DNA from: Felis catus
Lineage: Eukaryota
Assembly: GCF_018350175.1 (NCBI RefSeq)
Contig: NC_058368.1
Span: forward strand, 92,010,001 to 92,074,000
DNA: 64,000 bases
Reading direction: 5' to 3'
The notes below the pieces were generated by a model. That model was given only the letters and a program-made list of their open reading frames with translations, did not search any database and was not told the DNA's origin. Positions 15,769-28,986 of this stretch are shown piece by piece. The translations under genes were made by a program, and so were the position numbers. How positions within the stretch are numbered: position 1 is the stretch's first letter; each line of letters starts with the position of its first letter.

Positions 15769-15980
15769 TGAGCAGAGGACATCTTTTATGTCATTGAGGT
15801 TCTCAAATCAGCAAGGAGCCCAGTTACCCCTGAAATTCCCTTAATAGGCCCATACAGTACAGCCTCCTGGCTTTGGGTATTCAGGCTGTCCGGCAATCTG
15901 TGTGTGTAAGAATATATACAGTAACTAACCTAGAACAGAGAGAACAGACTCAAAATGCATTTTGAAAGTTTTTAAAATTT

Positions 15981-16534
15981 CGGTTGATCCTTGAACAATG
16001 CAGGGGTGAGGAGTGCTGACCCCCTCCACAGTCAAAAATCTGCATGCAACTTTTGACTGTCCCCCAAACTGAACTCCTAATAGCCTACTGTTAACCAGAA
16101 GCCTTACCTATAATATAACCAATTAACTCATACACTTTTTTAAAGTTTATTTTGAGAGAAAGAGACAGCACAAGCAGAGGAGGGGCAGAGAGGGAGGAAA
16201 AGAGAATCTCAAGGATGTTCCACACTGTCAGCACGGAGCCCAACGTGGAGCTCGAACTCACCAACCGTGTAATCATCACCTGAGCCGAAATCAAGAGTTG
16301 ACCACTTAACCCACTGAGCCACTCAGGTGCCCCCAATTAACACATACTTTGTGTGTTATGTGTATTACATGTTATATTCTTACAATCGAGTGAGCATCTA
16401 CACAGAAAAACATTATTAGGAAAGTCATAAGGAAGAGATTACATTCACAGTACTGTACTGTATTTATCAAAAAAAAAATAACTGCATATAAGTGGATCCA
16501 CACTGTTCAAACCATGTTGTTCAAGGGTCGACTG
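15981..16534. mobile_element. Tigger2-family non-autonomous DNA transposon interrupted by a CanSINE (~16136-16334)
   Basis: Terminal inverted repeats cggttgatccttgaacaa ... ttgttcaagggtcgactg, followed by TA. Confidence 0.8.
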
Positions 16535-17521
16535 TACATGACTTAATTTTTCTCACATTCTCCTTTTTTCTTTTTTTCCTGTTTTTTCCTGGCAGGGGCT
16601 GCAAGGTAGAAGTTGCAGGAATTAGTTGCAACTGTGTGGTGGCTGATGTGGCCAGTCCACGCGACACTGCTCCATGGGCCACCCCCCTGCTGTACGGCTG
16701 AGGCTGGCTCCAGCTGGAGGAAACTTTTTTTTTTAATGTTTATTTTTGAGAGAGAGAGAGAGAGACAGTGTGAGCAGGGGAAGGGGAGAGAGAGAAGGAG
16801 ACACAATCCAAAGCAGGCTCCAGGCTCTGAGCTGTCAGCACAGAGCCCGATGTGGACCTCGAACCCACAAACTGTGAGATCATGACCTGAGCCCAAGTCA
16901 GACGCTTAACCGTCTGAGCTGCCCAGGCGCCCCTGGAGGCTACTTTCTAAAATGCAAGTTGGATCTTCACTCCGAGTGGGAATGGGCTTCCCAGTGTCCT
17001 GAGGATGGAATCCTAACTCCAAATTCTGGTGAAAGAGAGAGAGAGAGAGTGGGGACTCACAGAAATCTGTGCTCCCCGCCAGCCTCCCTGGTTGTGTGGT
17101 CTGTGAGCAGACGGGTCACTTCCAGGCCTGGGCAGGTGAGACCAGGGGCCTCCCCCGGACCTAGCTTCCCCCAAGGACCATGCATTCTGCATAGCACGGC
17201 CACGTGATGGAGAAAAGCCACTCAACCTAAGACAGACTTGACATGAGCAAGAAATGACACTGTACCAGGTCAAGCCGCTGAGATTTGGGCGTTCATCTCT
17301 GACTGCAGCCTAACCAACCCTGCCTGACCTTTCCACACAAGTCGAGAGGCCCGGCAGGAACCACCCCAGCAGCATCTCATGGCCACTCTCCACTCTAGCT
17401 CTGCTGAGTTAATTTCCTGAAACTCAACATGCATCTTTCTGCCTCTGGAGGTGCCTTTGCACCTGCTGTTCCCTCTACCAGGGTACTCTTCCCCAAATCT
17501 CACCTGCCTACTCTACATATC

Positions 17522-18250
17522 TGTTGCGGGTTGAACTGTATCCCCCCAAAAGATAGGTTCAACGCTGCATGTGACCTGACTTGGAAACAGGGTCTCTGCA
17601 GATGCAGTCAAGTTAAGATGAGGTCAAACTGGCATAGGGTGGGCCCTTAATCCAGCGTGACTGGTGCCTTATGAGAAGAGAAGACACGCAGAGACAGAGA
17701 CACAGAAGGAAAATATCATGTGAAGACAGAGGCAGAGGTTGGAGTGATGGGTCTGCAAACCAGGTGTCTTAACTCGGGCTGCTATAACAAAATACCACAG
17801 GCTGGGTGGCTTGAACAGCAAATGTAAAGTGTCACAGTTCTGGAGGCTGAGAGGCCAAGGTGCTGGTGGATCTGGGGTTTGGTGAGGAGCCCCTTCCTAA
17901 TTTGTAGATGGCTGTCTTCTCATGTTTTCACATGTCAGAAGCAAAGAGAGAAGCAAGCCCTCTCATGTCTCCTTTTATGAGGGCACTAACCCCATTATGG
18001 GGGCCCTACCCTCATGACCACCACTAAACTGAATCACCTCCCAAAGGCTCCCCTTCCAAATACCATCACAGTGGGGATCGGGCTTTAACATATGAATGGA
18101 GGGGGAGAGAAATATTCAGTCCATAGCACAAAGGAACATGGAGTGCAGGACACATCAGAAGCTTGGAGAGAGGCATGTAACAGATCTTTCCTAGGGCCTT
18201 CAGAGGGAGCACCACACTGCCAGCACCTTGACTTTGGACTTCAGCAGCCC
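17522..18250 (+). mobile_element. MaLR (MLT1-type) LTR with a second MLT1 LTR nested in the opposite orientation (~17765-18128)
   Basis: MLT1 motifs tgttgcgggttgaactgtatcccccc, ggtctctgcagatg, cagagggagc...accttgactttggacttc; inner element tgtctt...gctgctataacaaaataccacaggctgggtggctt...cagtccatagca. Confidence 0.7.
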
Positions 18251-19158
18251 TAGCTGACTGATACATCCACGAGACTTCCACTTCCTCCAGGAAGTGCTCC
18301 GTCATGCCTCAAGGTGGGGCTCCTCTCAGAGCACAGACCACACCCTACTGACACTAAGCTCAATATGTCCTGCACCAGGTCTGTCTCCTGCACCCCAACA
18401 CCTCCAGTGGGCACTCCAATACCTGCAGAATGAATAAATGATCTCTTAACCTGGGATTACAAACTGGTTCTCTGCAGGCCAAATCTGACTCCCTAGCATG
18501 CTTGCTTATCGTGAACATCTTACAGAATCATTTGCCAACATCTATGAAGTATGATTATTTCTACGAGATGTAGCATCTCTAGTTACTTTCGGAAAATAGT
18601 TGGATGAAGTCACACCGGGCCACAGTTGCACACGTCCACAATCAGCCTGAGCTGAGACTCACTGCCCCCTAGCAGGTGCTCTCCCGCTGACCCCAGCCCC
18701 CACCAGCTCCGAACATGTTATTCCCGGGCCCCCTAAAACCATTTTCATCGACTGAAAGCATCTGAGATGTCAGTCCCTAACTAGGCCTCCATGAAGCCTG
18801 GCTTCTTCATCTTTAATTTTTTTTTTGAATGTCTATCTATTTTTGAAGGAGACAGAGGGACAGAGTATGAGCAGGGGAGGAGCAGAGAGAGGGAGACACA
18901 GGATCCGAAGCAGGCTTCAGGATCTGAGCTGTCAGCACAGAGCCCGACATGGGGCTCAAACTCACAAACCATGAGATCATGACCTGAGCCAAAGTCGGTG
19001 GCTTAACTGAGTCACCCAGGCGACCCTCTTCATCTTGAAAACAGGATGACTGGGGCACCTGGGTGGCTCAGTCGGTTAAGTGTCCAACTCTTCATCTTGG
19101 CTCAGGTCATGATCTCACAGTTCGTGAGATCAAGCCCCGAGTCGGGCTCTGCTTGTGA

Positions 19159-19203
<45 letters not shown>

Positions 19204-22200
19204 CCTCCCAGCCAATACTTTTAAAGTTTAAATAAACTTTAAAAAATATATAAAAACTAAAGGAATAAATAAATAAAACAGGGATGATAACACTTTCCCC
19301 TGAAGAAGTCCTGCAGGTATCAGAGATAATGTCTGCCAAGTGTTTAGCCTAGTGCCTGGCAGGAAGTAGGTGTAAATGAGAGCAGCTCAGATTACTAGGG
19401 GTGCCTGGGTGGCTCAGTCAGTTAAGCGAATGACTCTTGATTTCGTCTCAGGTCATGATCTCACTGTTTGTGAGTTCGAGCCCCACATTGGGCTCTGCCC
19501 TGACAGTGCGGGGCATGCTTGGGGTTCTCTCCCTCCTCTCTCTCTGCCCCTACCCTGCTCATACTCTCTCTCTCCCTCAAAATAAATAAACTTAAATTTT
19601 TTTTTAATTTTAAAAAAGAACTACAACAACAGATCTAGGGGAAGTTTCCTTCACCTGCTGAGTTCCCCTACTCTCTCTCAAGTCAAATCTTCCAGACTGG
19701 GAAGATCTGGAGCAGCTCTGCCAGCTGGCAGGACACCCCCTCCCAAGGGACACATTCTTACAACAACCACCCCCTGCACGGCTTGAGTCTTCAAAGGCAG
19801 CCTTGGCCCCCCGGAAGGCCAATCAGAAATTCCTGGGCCGCCCTTCTGGAATCAGGACTCAAAGGACTGTGTGGTTGACGCACAGATAGAACACCTTCCC
19901 TCCCCCCCACCCCGCCGCAGTGTCCTTGGGAGCTCCCCTGGGGATCTCCCATATAGGTAATATAGCACTCAAGAGAGGCCCAGCCTGGCTTCATGTCATG
20001 ATCCCCTGAAAAGCTTGGAAACCAGATTCCCAAGCCTCCGGGACTGGACTGTCACTTTTATAAAGCAGTCTGGGCACCAGGCATCGGAAAGCCTACGAAA
20101 CTGGGAAATGTCGGGTTGCCTGGGTGGCTCAGTCAGTTAAGTGTCCATCTTCGGCTCAGGTCATGATCTCACGGTTCGTGGGTTCGAGCCCCACATCAGG
20201 CTCTCTGTTGTCATCACAGAGCCTGTTTCAGATCCTCTGTCCCTGTCTCTCTCTGCCCCTCCCCTGCTCACACTTTCTCTCAAAAATAAATAAACATTAA
20301 AAAAGAAAAAAAAGAAAAAGAAAAGAAACTGGGAAATGCCCAGTTCCCCTGTGAGAGGCAGCATTGGAGGCTCTTTTATTTATGGTTTAGCACTGCCACC
20401 AAGTCAGTATGGGCTTGCGGGGGAGGGGGGACTCTCTCTTTGAGCCTCAGTTCTGGTTATGCAACAATTCACCTGTTCACTCATTTATTAACACCTGGTC
20501 TTCTGCTGCCATCAACACGCCCACGATGCTCAGCACAGACCTGTTTCCTGAACTCCAAACCCTCAAGCATAAGTATCCCCCAACGTCCCTACTGAACTAT
20601 CACCAAGGTGCCTCAAATCTCAGCATGTCCGAAACTGAACATACAACATTTCCCTGAGCCCATATCCCTTTGCTCTGTTCTTGGCTACAGAGAAAGCCTC
20701 TCCCATCTAGCTACCTGTGCAGGCTGGGAACATGGGTGGGTCAGCCCTGATGCCCCTCTTTCCCTCACCTCCTCCTGTCCCATCTGCCATCTAGGCCCCA
20801 ACATGCCTTTACTACTCTGTCAACAGTTCTCAGGTTGGCACTACAGGAGAGGCAGTCAGCATGAACGACACCACACTACCCAACAGATCTAAACAGCATG
20901 GAAGATTGTTTCTTTTTTCTTTAAAAAAATTTTTTTTAATGTTTATTTTTGAGAGAGAGACAGAATGTGGGCAGAGAGAGAGGGAGGGAGACACAGAATC
21001 AGAAGCAGGCTCCCAGCTCTGAGCTGTCAGCAGAGAGCTTGAACTCACAAACCGTGAGATCATGACCTGAGCCAAAGTCAGATGCATAACCAACTGAGCC
21101 ACCCAGGAGCCTCTGGGAGGTTGTTTCTCATAGATGAACAGTCCTGGGCTGGCTTTCAGGTCAGAGAAGTGGCTCTCCTCCACGTGGCATTTAAGGACAC
21201 AGGCCCCTTCATCTTGGGCTGCCACCATCCCCTCACGCCTTATCATGCGCGTGCAGCCCGCAGAAGGAAGCAAGGGGGAAGGACAGCGCCTGTGTTAATG
21301 GTCCAGGCCTGGAAGTAGCACGCATCGCTTCTGCTCACCCTGCACCAGCTAGAACTGTCACGCCGACCTGCTGTGCCACAGGGGACACTGAGAAATGAGC
21401 TTAGCTACCCATGCATAAGGCAGGCAAGGACACACTGGGGCACCCATCCTGCAGGACAGGCTCTTCAACAACTGCGTGTTAATGACAATGAAAGGAGACA
21501 GGAGAGGAAAGCTTTTTTTCAGTCAATCAGCTTTTTGGGAGACATCAGCAAGCACCTATCCTGGGGAACAAGCCGGCCTCCACCATTAGAAGGCACCCCC
21601 AGCCCTCTCCTGCTTCGGGATAGGAGTCTCCCTGCCACGTGGAGAGGCGAATGCTACACTGGGGAGGCACAGGAGGGCAGAACGTGTGGGAGGGACACAT
21701 CCCTCCTGTAAGTCAGAGAGGTGGGTGGGAAGGACCAGGCTTCCCAGAGGGGGAGACACTGAACATTGAATGGGGGTTCTCCAGGCAGAGATGGTGGGAG
21801 ACGAAGGCACAGAGACCCACTGAGCAAAGGCTCAGTGCTTGAGAGGGTGCAGAGTGTTCAAAGACTGCGGGTAGCCCCACATGACAGAAGGGAGTTGAGA
21901 CCGTGCCGTCTGGCAGGGACTTTATGTGCGGCGACAAAGGGATCCGTTTATCCACAGGAAACAGGAAGTCAGTGATGGTGGCGATGGCACGAGACCATGA
22001 AAGGAGGGGCGATGAGAGACATCAAGGAGGGTGAGTGGCCAGAACTTTGTGTCCGTGTGTAGTCACGACCCTGACTCCAGGCACAGGGCGGTGGGCAGCA
22101 AGGCTGGAAGGGTGGACCAGAACTTTCCGGGGGTGGGCTTTGAAAGCCGGGCCTGGCAGGGAAGGCGATGGGCAAATAAGGAGAAAGCACCCCACCACAG

Positions 22201-22357
22201 GTGGCAGCCCCCTGGCTTCCAGGAGACACCTGCAGCTAACTGCACAAGCCAATTGCATCACAATGGCTAGCAAAGAATCAAGAGATGATCCATTTCACAG
22301 GTCCAGTCCAAGCATCTCATTGAGAGAGAAGAAAACTAAAAGGGCAGCGAAGAAAAG

Positions 22358-22645
22358 TGTCTCAGTCCATTTGAGCTGCTACAACAACAACAAAAAAAAA
22401 ACCCATAGACTGGGCTGCTTGTAAATGACAGAAATTTATTCCTTCCAGTTCTGGAGGCTGGGAAGTCCAAGATCAAGGCGCTGGCAGATTCAGTGTCCTG
22501 GCTCACAGATGGCTGTCTTCTCCGTGTCCTCATCTGCCCTGGTGGGCCCTGCTTCCAAATACCATCACATTGGGGGTTAGGATTTCAACATATGAACTGG
22601 GGCGGGGGGCAGGGGGGACACACACAAACATTCGGTCTCGGAGTA
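22358..22645 (-). mobile_element. MaLR MLT1 LTR fragment
   Basis: tgtctcagtccatttgagctgcta...agaaatttatt...cagttctggaggctgggaagtccaagatcaagg...accatcacattgggggttaggatttcaaca. Confidence 0.75.
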
Positions 22646-24477
22646 GAGTGTGGGAGGGGGTGACATGTCCGGTGGCACCAGGCCTGGGACCCAGGCCTCT
22701 CTGTGGACAGTGTCCACTCAGCACCCGGCGCTGCTCCAAGGCCCAGGCAGCTGGAGACAAGAGACAAGGGCACACTGAGGTTTCCGTCCTCCTACGCCCA
22801 GTGAGCGCAGACAAGGACACAGAAGCTCCACCCCTCTCCTTCACCCAGAAACAGGAAGCCACAGGCGGGGACCCACTTCTTGGCACCTCCCTTTTCCCTC
22901 CACAGCAGAGGGCAAGGCAAAGCCCCCGCTCCTGGGCGTGGACAGGGGCACAGGGAGCCACAGCCCTGGCAGCAACATCTGTTCCCACCACAAGGCTGGA
23001 GCCGGCAGGTCTTCACCAGCCGGGCAGGGGCGGTCGGCAACCGAGGAGGGAGGAATAATCTCCAGTGTTCTTGGTGTGAATGCTACATCGTGACTTCCGG
23101 TTCCACATTTGGCCAGTGAACTGGCCAAGCCACCTCTCCAAGCAGGGGCCGTGCTCCAGGCTCCAAACCGAAGACATGCTCCTAGCGTGCAGAGGGGTCG
23201 AGGGATGGTTGCACCTCAGCAGACTCCTCGTCCCACAGTCACTCATGTGGTGTTTGGTGGCCTTTTCCTTCTTGCCACCCGCCTTGCCCCACACACTCTC
23301 ATGGCTGCCCCCTCAAAGAGTTCAAGCCTGCTACTCCCTGAAACCCCCTCACCTCAAACCAAGTCCTGCAGAAGCCTCCTTGGTTTGATATACCCCTTTC
23401 ACCCTGCCCTTCCACCTCTCCTTAATGAAATCCGCTGTCCCCACACAGCCCAACTCTCCTGAAAGCCAGGCCACACCTCCTCCCACCTCCCTCAACACGA
23501 ATGGAGGGGCCATCCACGTCCCCATAAATGCAAACACATGTATAACTGAACATTTTCCAACAGCCACATTAAAAGACTATGAGGGGCACCTGGGTGGCTC
23601 AGTTGGTTGAGTGTCCAACTTCAGCTCAAGTCATGATCTCGTGGTTTGTGGGTTCCAGCCCCATGTGGGGCTCTGTACTGACAGCTCAGAGCCTGGAGCC
23701 TGTTTCAGATTCTGTGTTGCCCTCTCTCTCTGCCCCTCCCCCGCTCACACTTTGTGTGTGTGTCTCTCTCTCTAGAAAATAAACATTAAAATTTGTTTTA
23801 AATAATAAAAAAAGTAGATAATTCAGGATGCCTGGGTGGCTCTGTTGGTTGGGCATCTGGCTCTTTGTTTTGGCTTGGGTCATGGTCTTCCGGTTCATGG
23901 GATTGAGCCCAGTGTGGGGCTCTGCACTGACAGTGTGGAGCCTGCTTGGGATTCTCTCTCCCTCTCACTCCTTCCTCCTTCTCTCTCTCTCAAAGTGAAT
24001 AAATAAACTTTAAGAAATTAACTAATTAATTAAAATTTAAATTAAAAAAAGACTATGAGAGAATTAGAAAAAAAGGCAAAAGAAATACATTAAATTAATT
24101 TGAATATACTTTATTTAGACCACCAATCTATTCAAAACATTATCATTTCAACATGTAATCAACGTTAAAAAATTATTGAGGGGTGCCTGGGTGGCTCAGT
24201 CAGTTGAGGATCCAATTCTTGATTTCAGCTCAGGTCATGATTTCAGAGTTTGTGAGCTGGAGCTCCAAGTCAGGCTCTGTGCTAACAGTGCAAAGCCTGC
24301 TTGGGATTCTGTCTCTCCCTATCTTTCTGCCCCTCCTGCTCTCTCTCTCTCAAAATAAATAAATAAACTTAAAAAAAATATTACTGAGATGTTTTTCTTT
24401 TCTTTTTTTCCCCTTGGACATCTTTGAAATCCAGAGTGTATTTTAGCACATCTCCTCAATTCAGACTAGATACTTTC

Positions 24478-24761
24478 TTTTTTTTTTTTTAATATAATTT
24501 ATTGTCAAATTGGCTAACATGCAATGTGTAAAGTGTGCTCTTGGTTTTTGGGGTAGATTCCCGTGGTTCATCGCTTACATACAACATCCAGTGCTCATCC
24601 CAACAAGTGCCCTCCTCAATGTCCATCACCCACTTTCCCCTCTCCCCTACCCCCCATCTATGCTCATTTTGTTCTCTGTATTTAAAAGCGTCTTATGGTT
24701 TGCCTCCCTCTCTGTAACTTTTTTCCCCCTACCCTTCCCCCATGGTCTTCTGTTAAGTCCC
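24478..24761 (-). mobile_element. 5'-truncated feliform L1 3' end inserted into an older hAT-Charlie (MER33/MER3-like) element
   Basis: Poly-T start; L1 3' UTR sequence (cagtgctcatcccaacaagtgccctcctcaatg); perfect 16-bp TSD cagactagatactttc at 24462-24477 and 24762-24777. Confidence 0.85.
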
Positions 24762-24809
24762 CAGACTAGATACTTTCCAGGTGCTCAGTGGGAACAGCAC
24801 AGATCTAGA

Positions 24810-24990
24810 CAAGGGCTGGCAAACTATGGCCCACCCCCCAAATCTGTCCTGCGGCCTAGTTTTGTATGACACTTGAACAGAAAATGGCTTTTACATTTTT
24901 AAATGATTGAAAAACAAAATCAAAAGAATACTATTTCATGACACATAAAATCTAGGAATTTCAAAGTTAGTGTCTGTAAGTAAAGTTTTT
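24810..24990 (+). mobile_element. MER58-like hAT-Charlie fragment
   Basis: agggctggcaaactatggccca...aaatctg...aatggcttttacatttttaaatg...gtaagtaaagtttt. Confidence 0.6.
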
Positions 24991-26736
24991 AATTGTCAAT
25001 AAAAAGTGGAGCTACATTTCATCTGATTTTTTTGTTTTTGTTTTTGTTTTTTTTCCTTTTTTAAGTAATCTCTGTGCCCAAGGTGGGGCTCGAATTCACC
25101 GTCCCAGATCAAGAGTCTCATGTTCTACAGACTGAGCCAGCCAGACATCCCTGTTTCATCTCTTCTTATCATGTACTCACCCACATAATAGCATGCCTCT
25201 TGGCCCACAAGGCAGACAATACAGTATTTACTATATGATCCTGTACAGGTAATATTTGCCCAGCTCTGTTCTACACCATTCACCTGCCCCTTAAACTCCA
25301 ATAGAGGAGGGCCCGATTTGGCTTTGGAATCATATCCCGTCTCCCACCCAGCGTCCCAACTCTGGGATTCAAAACAAGTCATTTTCCCTTGGGGGCCTCA
25401 ATATTCACTTGAAAATCGGGCCAGCACTCAAATGAATGTAAAGAGTGAAAACCGAGGGCCGGCCATATAGCTGGTGACTCTTCACTCGTTTCCAGTCTCG
25501 GTCTCAAGTTTCCAGCCTTCACTCCTCCGCCTGTAACACCTGCCCATAGGGCCCCCTTCACCTGACTCAGTACCTCCCGCAGGTGATGCCCCACCTGTCG
25601 CCTTCTCCCAGCATCCATCTCCGCCTCCGTTGGCCGGAGCCCCACCTCGGTGGCTTCTGGATCACTCTGGCAGTGCAATCCTCCAACTGCTTGAAATAGC
25701 GTCCCACACCCTCACCAAACCCAGTTCCCGGCGAGGGGACACCCGCAGCCCCAGGAACGCCCTCGGCTCACAGCTCCGACCAGCCTCTGCTCGGCCCTCA
25801 CACTTCCGGCACGCCCACTGCGTGCTGTGGGCATGCGCGCGGCTCAGGTGCCTCCAGGGAGCGACCAGCCCCTGCTCCCGCCCGGCCAGTTTCACACTCT
25901 CCCCCGGTGTCCCAACAGATACTTCCAACTGGCCTACCGAGGCGTGAGCCAGATTTGCAGGACCATGTCCTTCTTTTCCCTTGGCACCTCATCAATCCCG
26001 ACACTAATATCTTAGTCCTGCCTCCTCCAGACACCCTCGCCGACCACAGCCAGTCCTTTGGCAGGCTTCTGCCTTACCAGAACCAACTCCGGTCATCATC
26101 TCCTCCAGGCCAGGGTCAGGCTGGTCACCTATTTATGTTGGTGTAGTCTAGACTGTTGAGCCTGGCCCACCCGTTTTCCTGTCGCGTCCTGCCAGTAAAT
26201 CTTTTCCTCCTGGGGAAGCGTTCCTTCTAAAACGGCCCCTCCCTTTGGCTGCCGGGTCAGAACTATTTCCAGCAAGGACGAATGATATCCCAGAACTGAT
26301 CTTGTTGCCCACAAATACTTTTGTCCCCAGTGAACGTTCCTCCATTTTGACAGAAAAGTGAGAACTGGACTCGCATTGGGACTTCGAACCCTGACCCAGG
26401 GTTGGGAGAGCATTTCTCATACCAGTCACCAAATTTTCCTTCTAAGTTCCAGACAATTCTGTTTCTTTTTTCCTCTCCCCACATTCTAATCCACATATAA
26501 TTGGCATGCCATAAAATCCACCTGGTTAAAACGTGCGATTCAACGGTTTTAGTATATTCCCAGAGTTGGGCAATGGGTCACCACAATCTAAGCTTAGAAC
26601 ATTCACCTGACCTAAAAAGAAACCCCTTACCCATTAGCAGCCATTCCTATCCACCCCCTCAGCTCCTGCAACCACTAATCTGCTTTCTGTCTCTCCAGAT
26701 TGTTGTATTCTGGACATTTTTAAATAATTTTTAATG

Positions 26737-26738
<2 letters not shown>

Positions 26739-26784
<46 letters not shown>
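26739..26784. repeat. (TTA)n microsatellite in a SINE tail
   Basis: Direct reading. Confidence 0.95.
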
Positions 26785-26785
<1 letters not shown>

Positions 26786-27319
26786 TTTGAGAGAGAGAGA
26801 GACAGAGTATGAGCAGGGGAGGGGCAGAGAGACAGGGAGACACAGAATCAGATCAGGCTCCAGAATCCAAGCTGTCAGCACAGAGCCGGACACGGGGCTC
26901 GAACCCACAAATCGTGAGATCATGACCTGAGCCGAAGTCAGATGCTTAACTGCTTGAGCCACGCAGGTACCCCTGGACTTTTTTTATAAATGGAATCATA
27001 TAATATGGGGCTTTTTGTATCTGGCTTCTTAGCATGTTTTCAAGATTCACCCATATTTTAGCACAAGATACTGCCTATATACAAGAGACTCACCAATCTA
27101 TCTCCCCAGTCTGGCCCCATCTCATGAGCTCCAGATGCACAGGTCCCAGTCCTATGGCCACCTTCACACCTCCACTTGGAGGTCATCTCAAGCGTCAGCC
27201 TTGACATGACCAATACAAGAAAACCACAGACTGAGCTCAGTTATGAATACTGATGCAAGAATGCTAGTAAGTATAAGCAAGTACAATCCAACAGCATATT
27301 AATAATTTTAAATATTTAA

Positions 27320-27528
27320 TTTTTTTTAACGTTTATTTATTTTTGAGACAGAGAGAGACAGAACATGAACGGGTGAGGGTCAGAGAGAGGGAGACACAGA
27401 ATATGAAACAGGCTCCAGGCTCTGAGCTGTCAGCACAGAGCCTGACGCGGGGCTCGAACTCACAGACCGTGAGATCATGACCTGAGCCGAAGTCGGCCGC
27501 TTAACCGACTGAGCCACCCAGGCGCCCC
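27320..27528 (-). mobile_element. Young feliform CanSINE
   Basis: Near-consensus with most CpGs intact; AT-rich TSD (taattttaaatatttaa-like) on both sides. Confidence 0.9.
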
Positions 27529-27978
27529 AGTAATTTTAAATATTTAAAATAATTTTTTAAGTAATCTCTACACCCAATATGGGGTTTGAACTCATGACCG
27601 CCAGATCAAGAGTTGCATACTCCACCGACTGAACCAGTCAGGCGCTCCTAATAATAACTTGAAATCATAACCAAGCAAGACTTATTCCAGAAAGGCAAGG
27701 ATGGTTTAATATTAGGAACTCCTTTGGGGACACCTGGGTGGCTAAGTCAGTTGAGCATCTGACTTCAGCTCGGGTCATGATCTCACAGTTTGTGGGTTCG
27801 AGCTCCGCATCAGGCTGTCTGCTATCAATGTGGATCTTCTTCTCCCTCTCTCTGCCCACTCCCCACTCATGCTCTCTTTCTCCAAAATAAATAAACATTT
27901 AAAAAAACCACTTTAAGAATGCCATTAATATAACGATAATATTAATAGGAAAAAGAGGGGGAAAAAGTCTTATCACTA

Positions 27979-28948
27979 CAGCAAAACCTTGGTTTTCAAG
28001 CATAATTCGTTCTGGAAACATGCTTGTAATCTAAAGCACTTGCATCTCGAAGTGAATTTCCCCATAAGAAATAATGGGAACTCAGATGATTCATTCCACA
28101 GCCCAAAAAAATTCATATGAAAGCAATTGCAATACTGTGATATAATACAAAATAATCAAGAAAATACAAAATATAAAGAAAAATAAACGAACCTGCACTT
28201 ACCTTTGAAAACCTTTGTGGCTGACGTGAGGGAGACAAGAGAGAGGAGGGTTATTGTGTAGGACAACTTTCACTAACGGAGTCACTGCTTTTGCTACTGC
28301 CATCTAGCCGCCTTATTTCTTCTTTCTCCTTTAATATTGTGCAAATGGTCGATGTAGGCTTCTTATAAAATCTCGCAATTTCTGCCACTCTCATACCTCA
28401 TTTGCATACTTTGATTTTCTTCTTAACTTCCACCGGAATCATCTCCTTCTTACCGCCTTCCTTTTCAATCTTTTCCTGCATGGGGCCATTGTATACACTC
28501 TCACGGATGTTGGCCACAGTAAAGTATTAATAAACTCTTGTCATATACTGTATTCACTGTAACTGGCAATAAGGCAGCAGAGGAAACGGTCTCTGTCTGC
28601 AGGCAGCCTGACCTAGAATGAAGCAAAGCATTCCTGAGCTTGCTCTTGTATGGAAAAGCAAAGGACTGTCCATAGTGCTTTGAAGTGACAAAAAATACAC
28701 TTGTGCTAGTTGTGGGCACCTTCCAACGTTCTGAAAAATCACTGATTTCTGGAGCATCTGGTTGGCACAGTTGGTTGGGCATCCGACTTCGGGTCAGGTC
28801 ATGGTCTCACAGTTGGTGGGTTTGAGCCCCATGTCAAGCTCTGTGCAGACAACTCAGAGCCTGGAGCCTTCTTAGGATTCTGTGTTTCCCTCTCTCTCTC
28901 CCTCCCTGACCCAGGTGCGTGCATGAGTGCTCTCTCTCCCTCTCTCTC

Positions 28949-28986
<38 letters not shown>

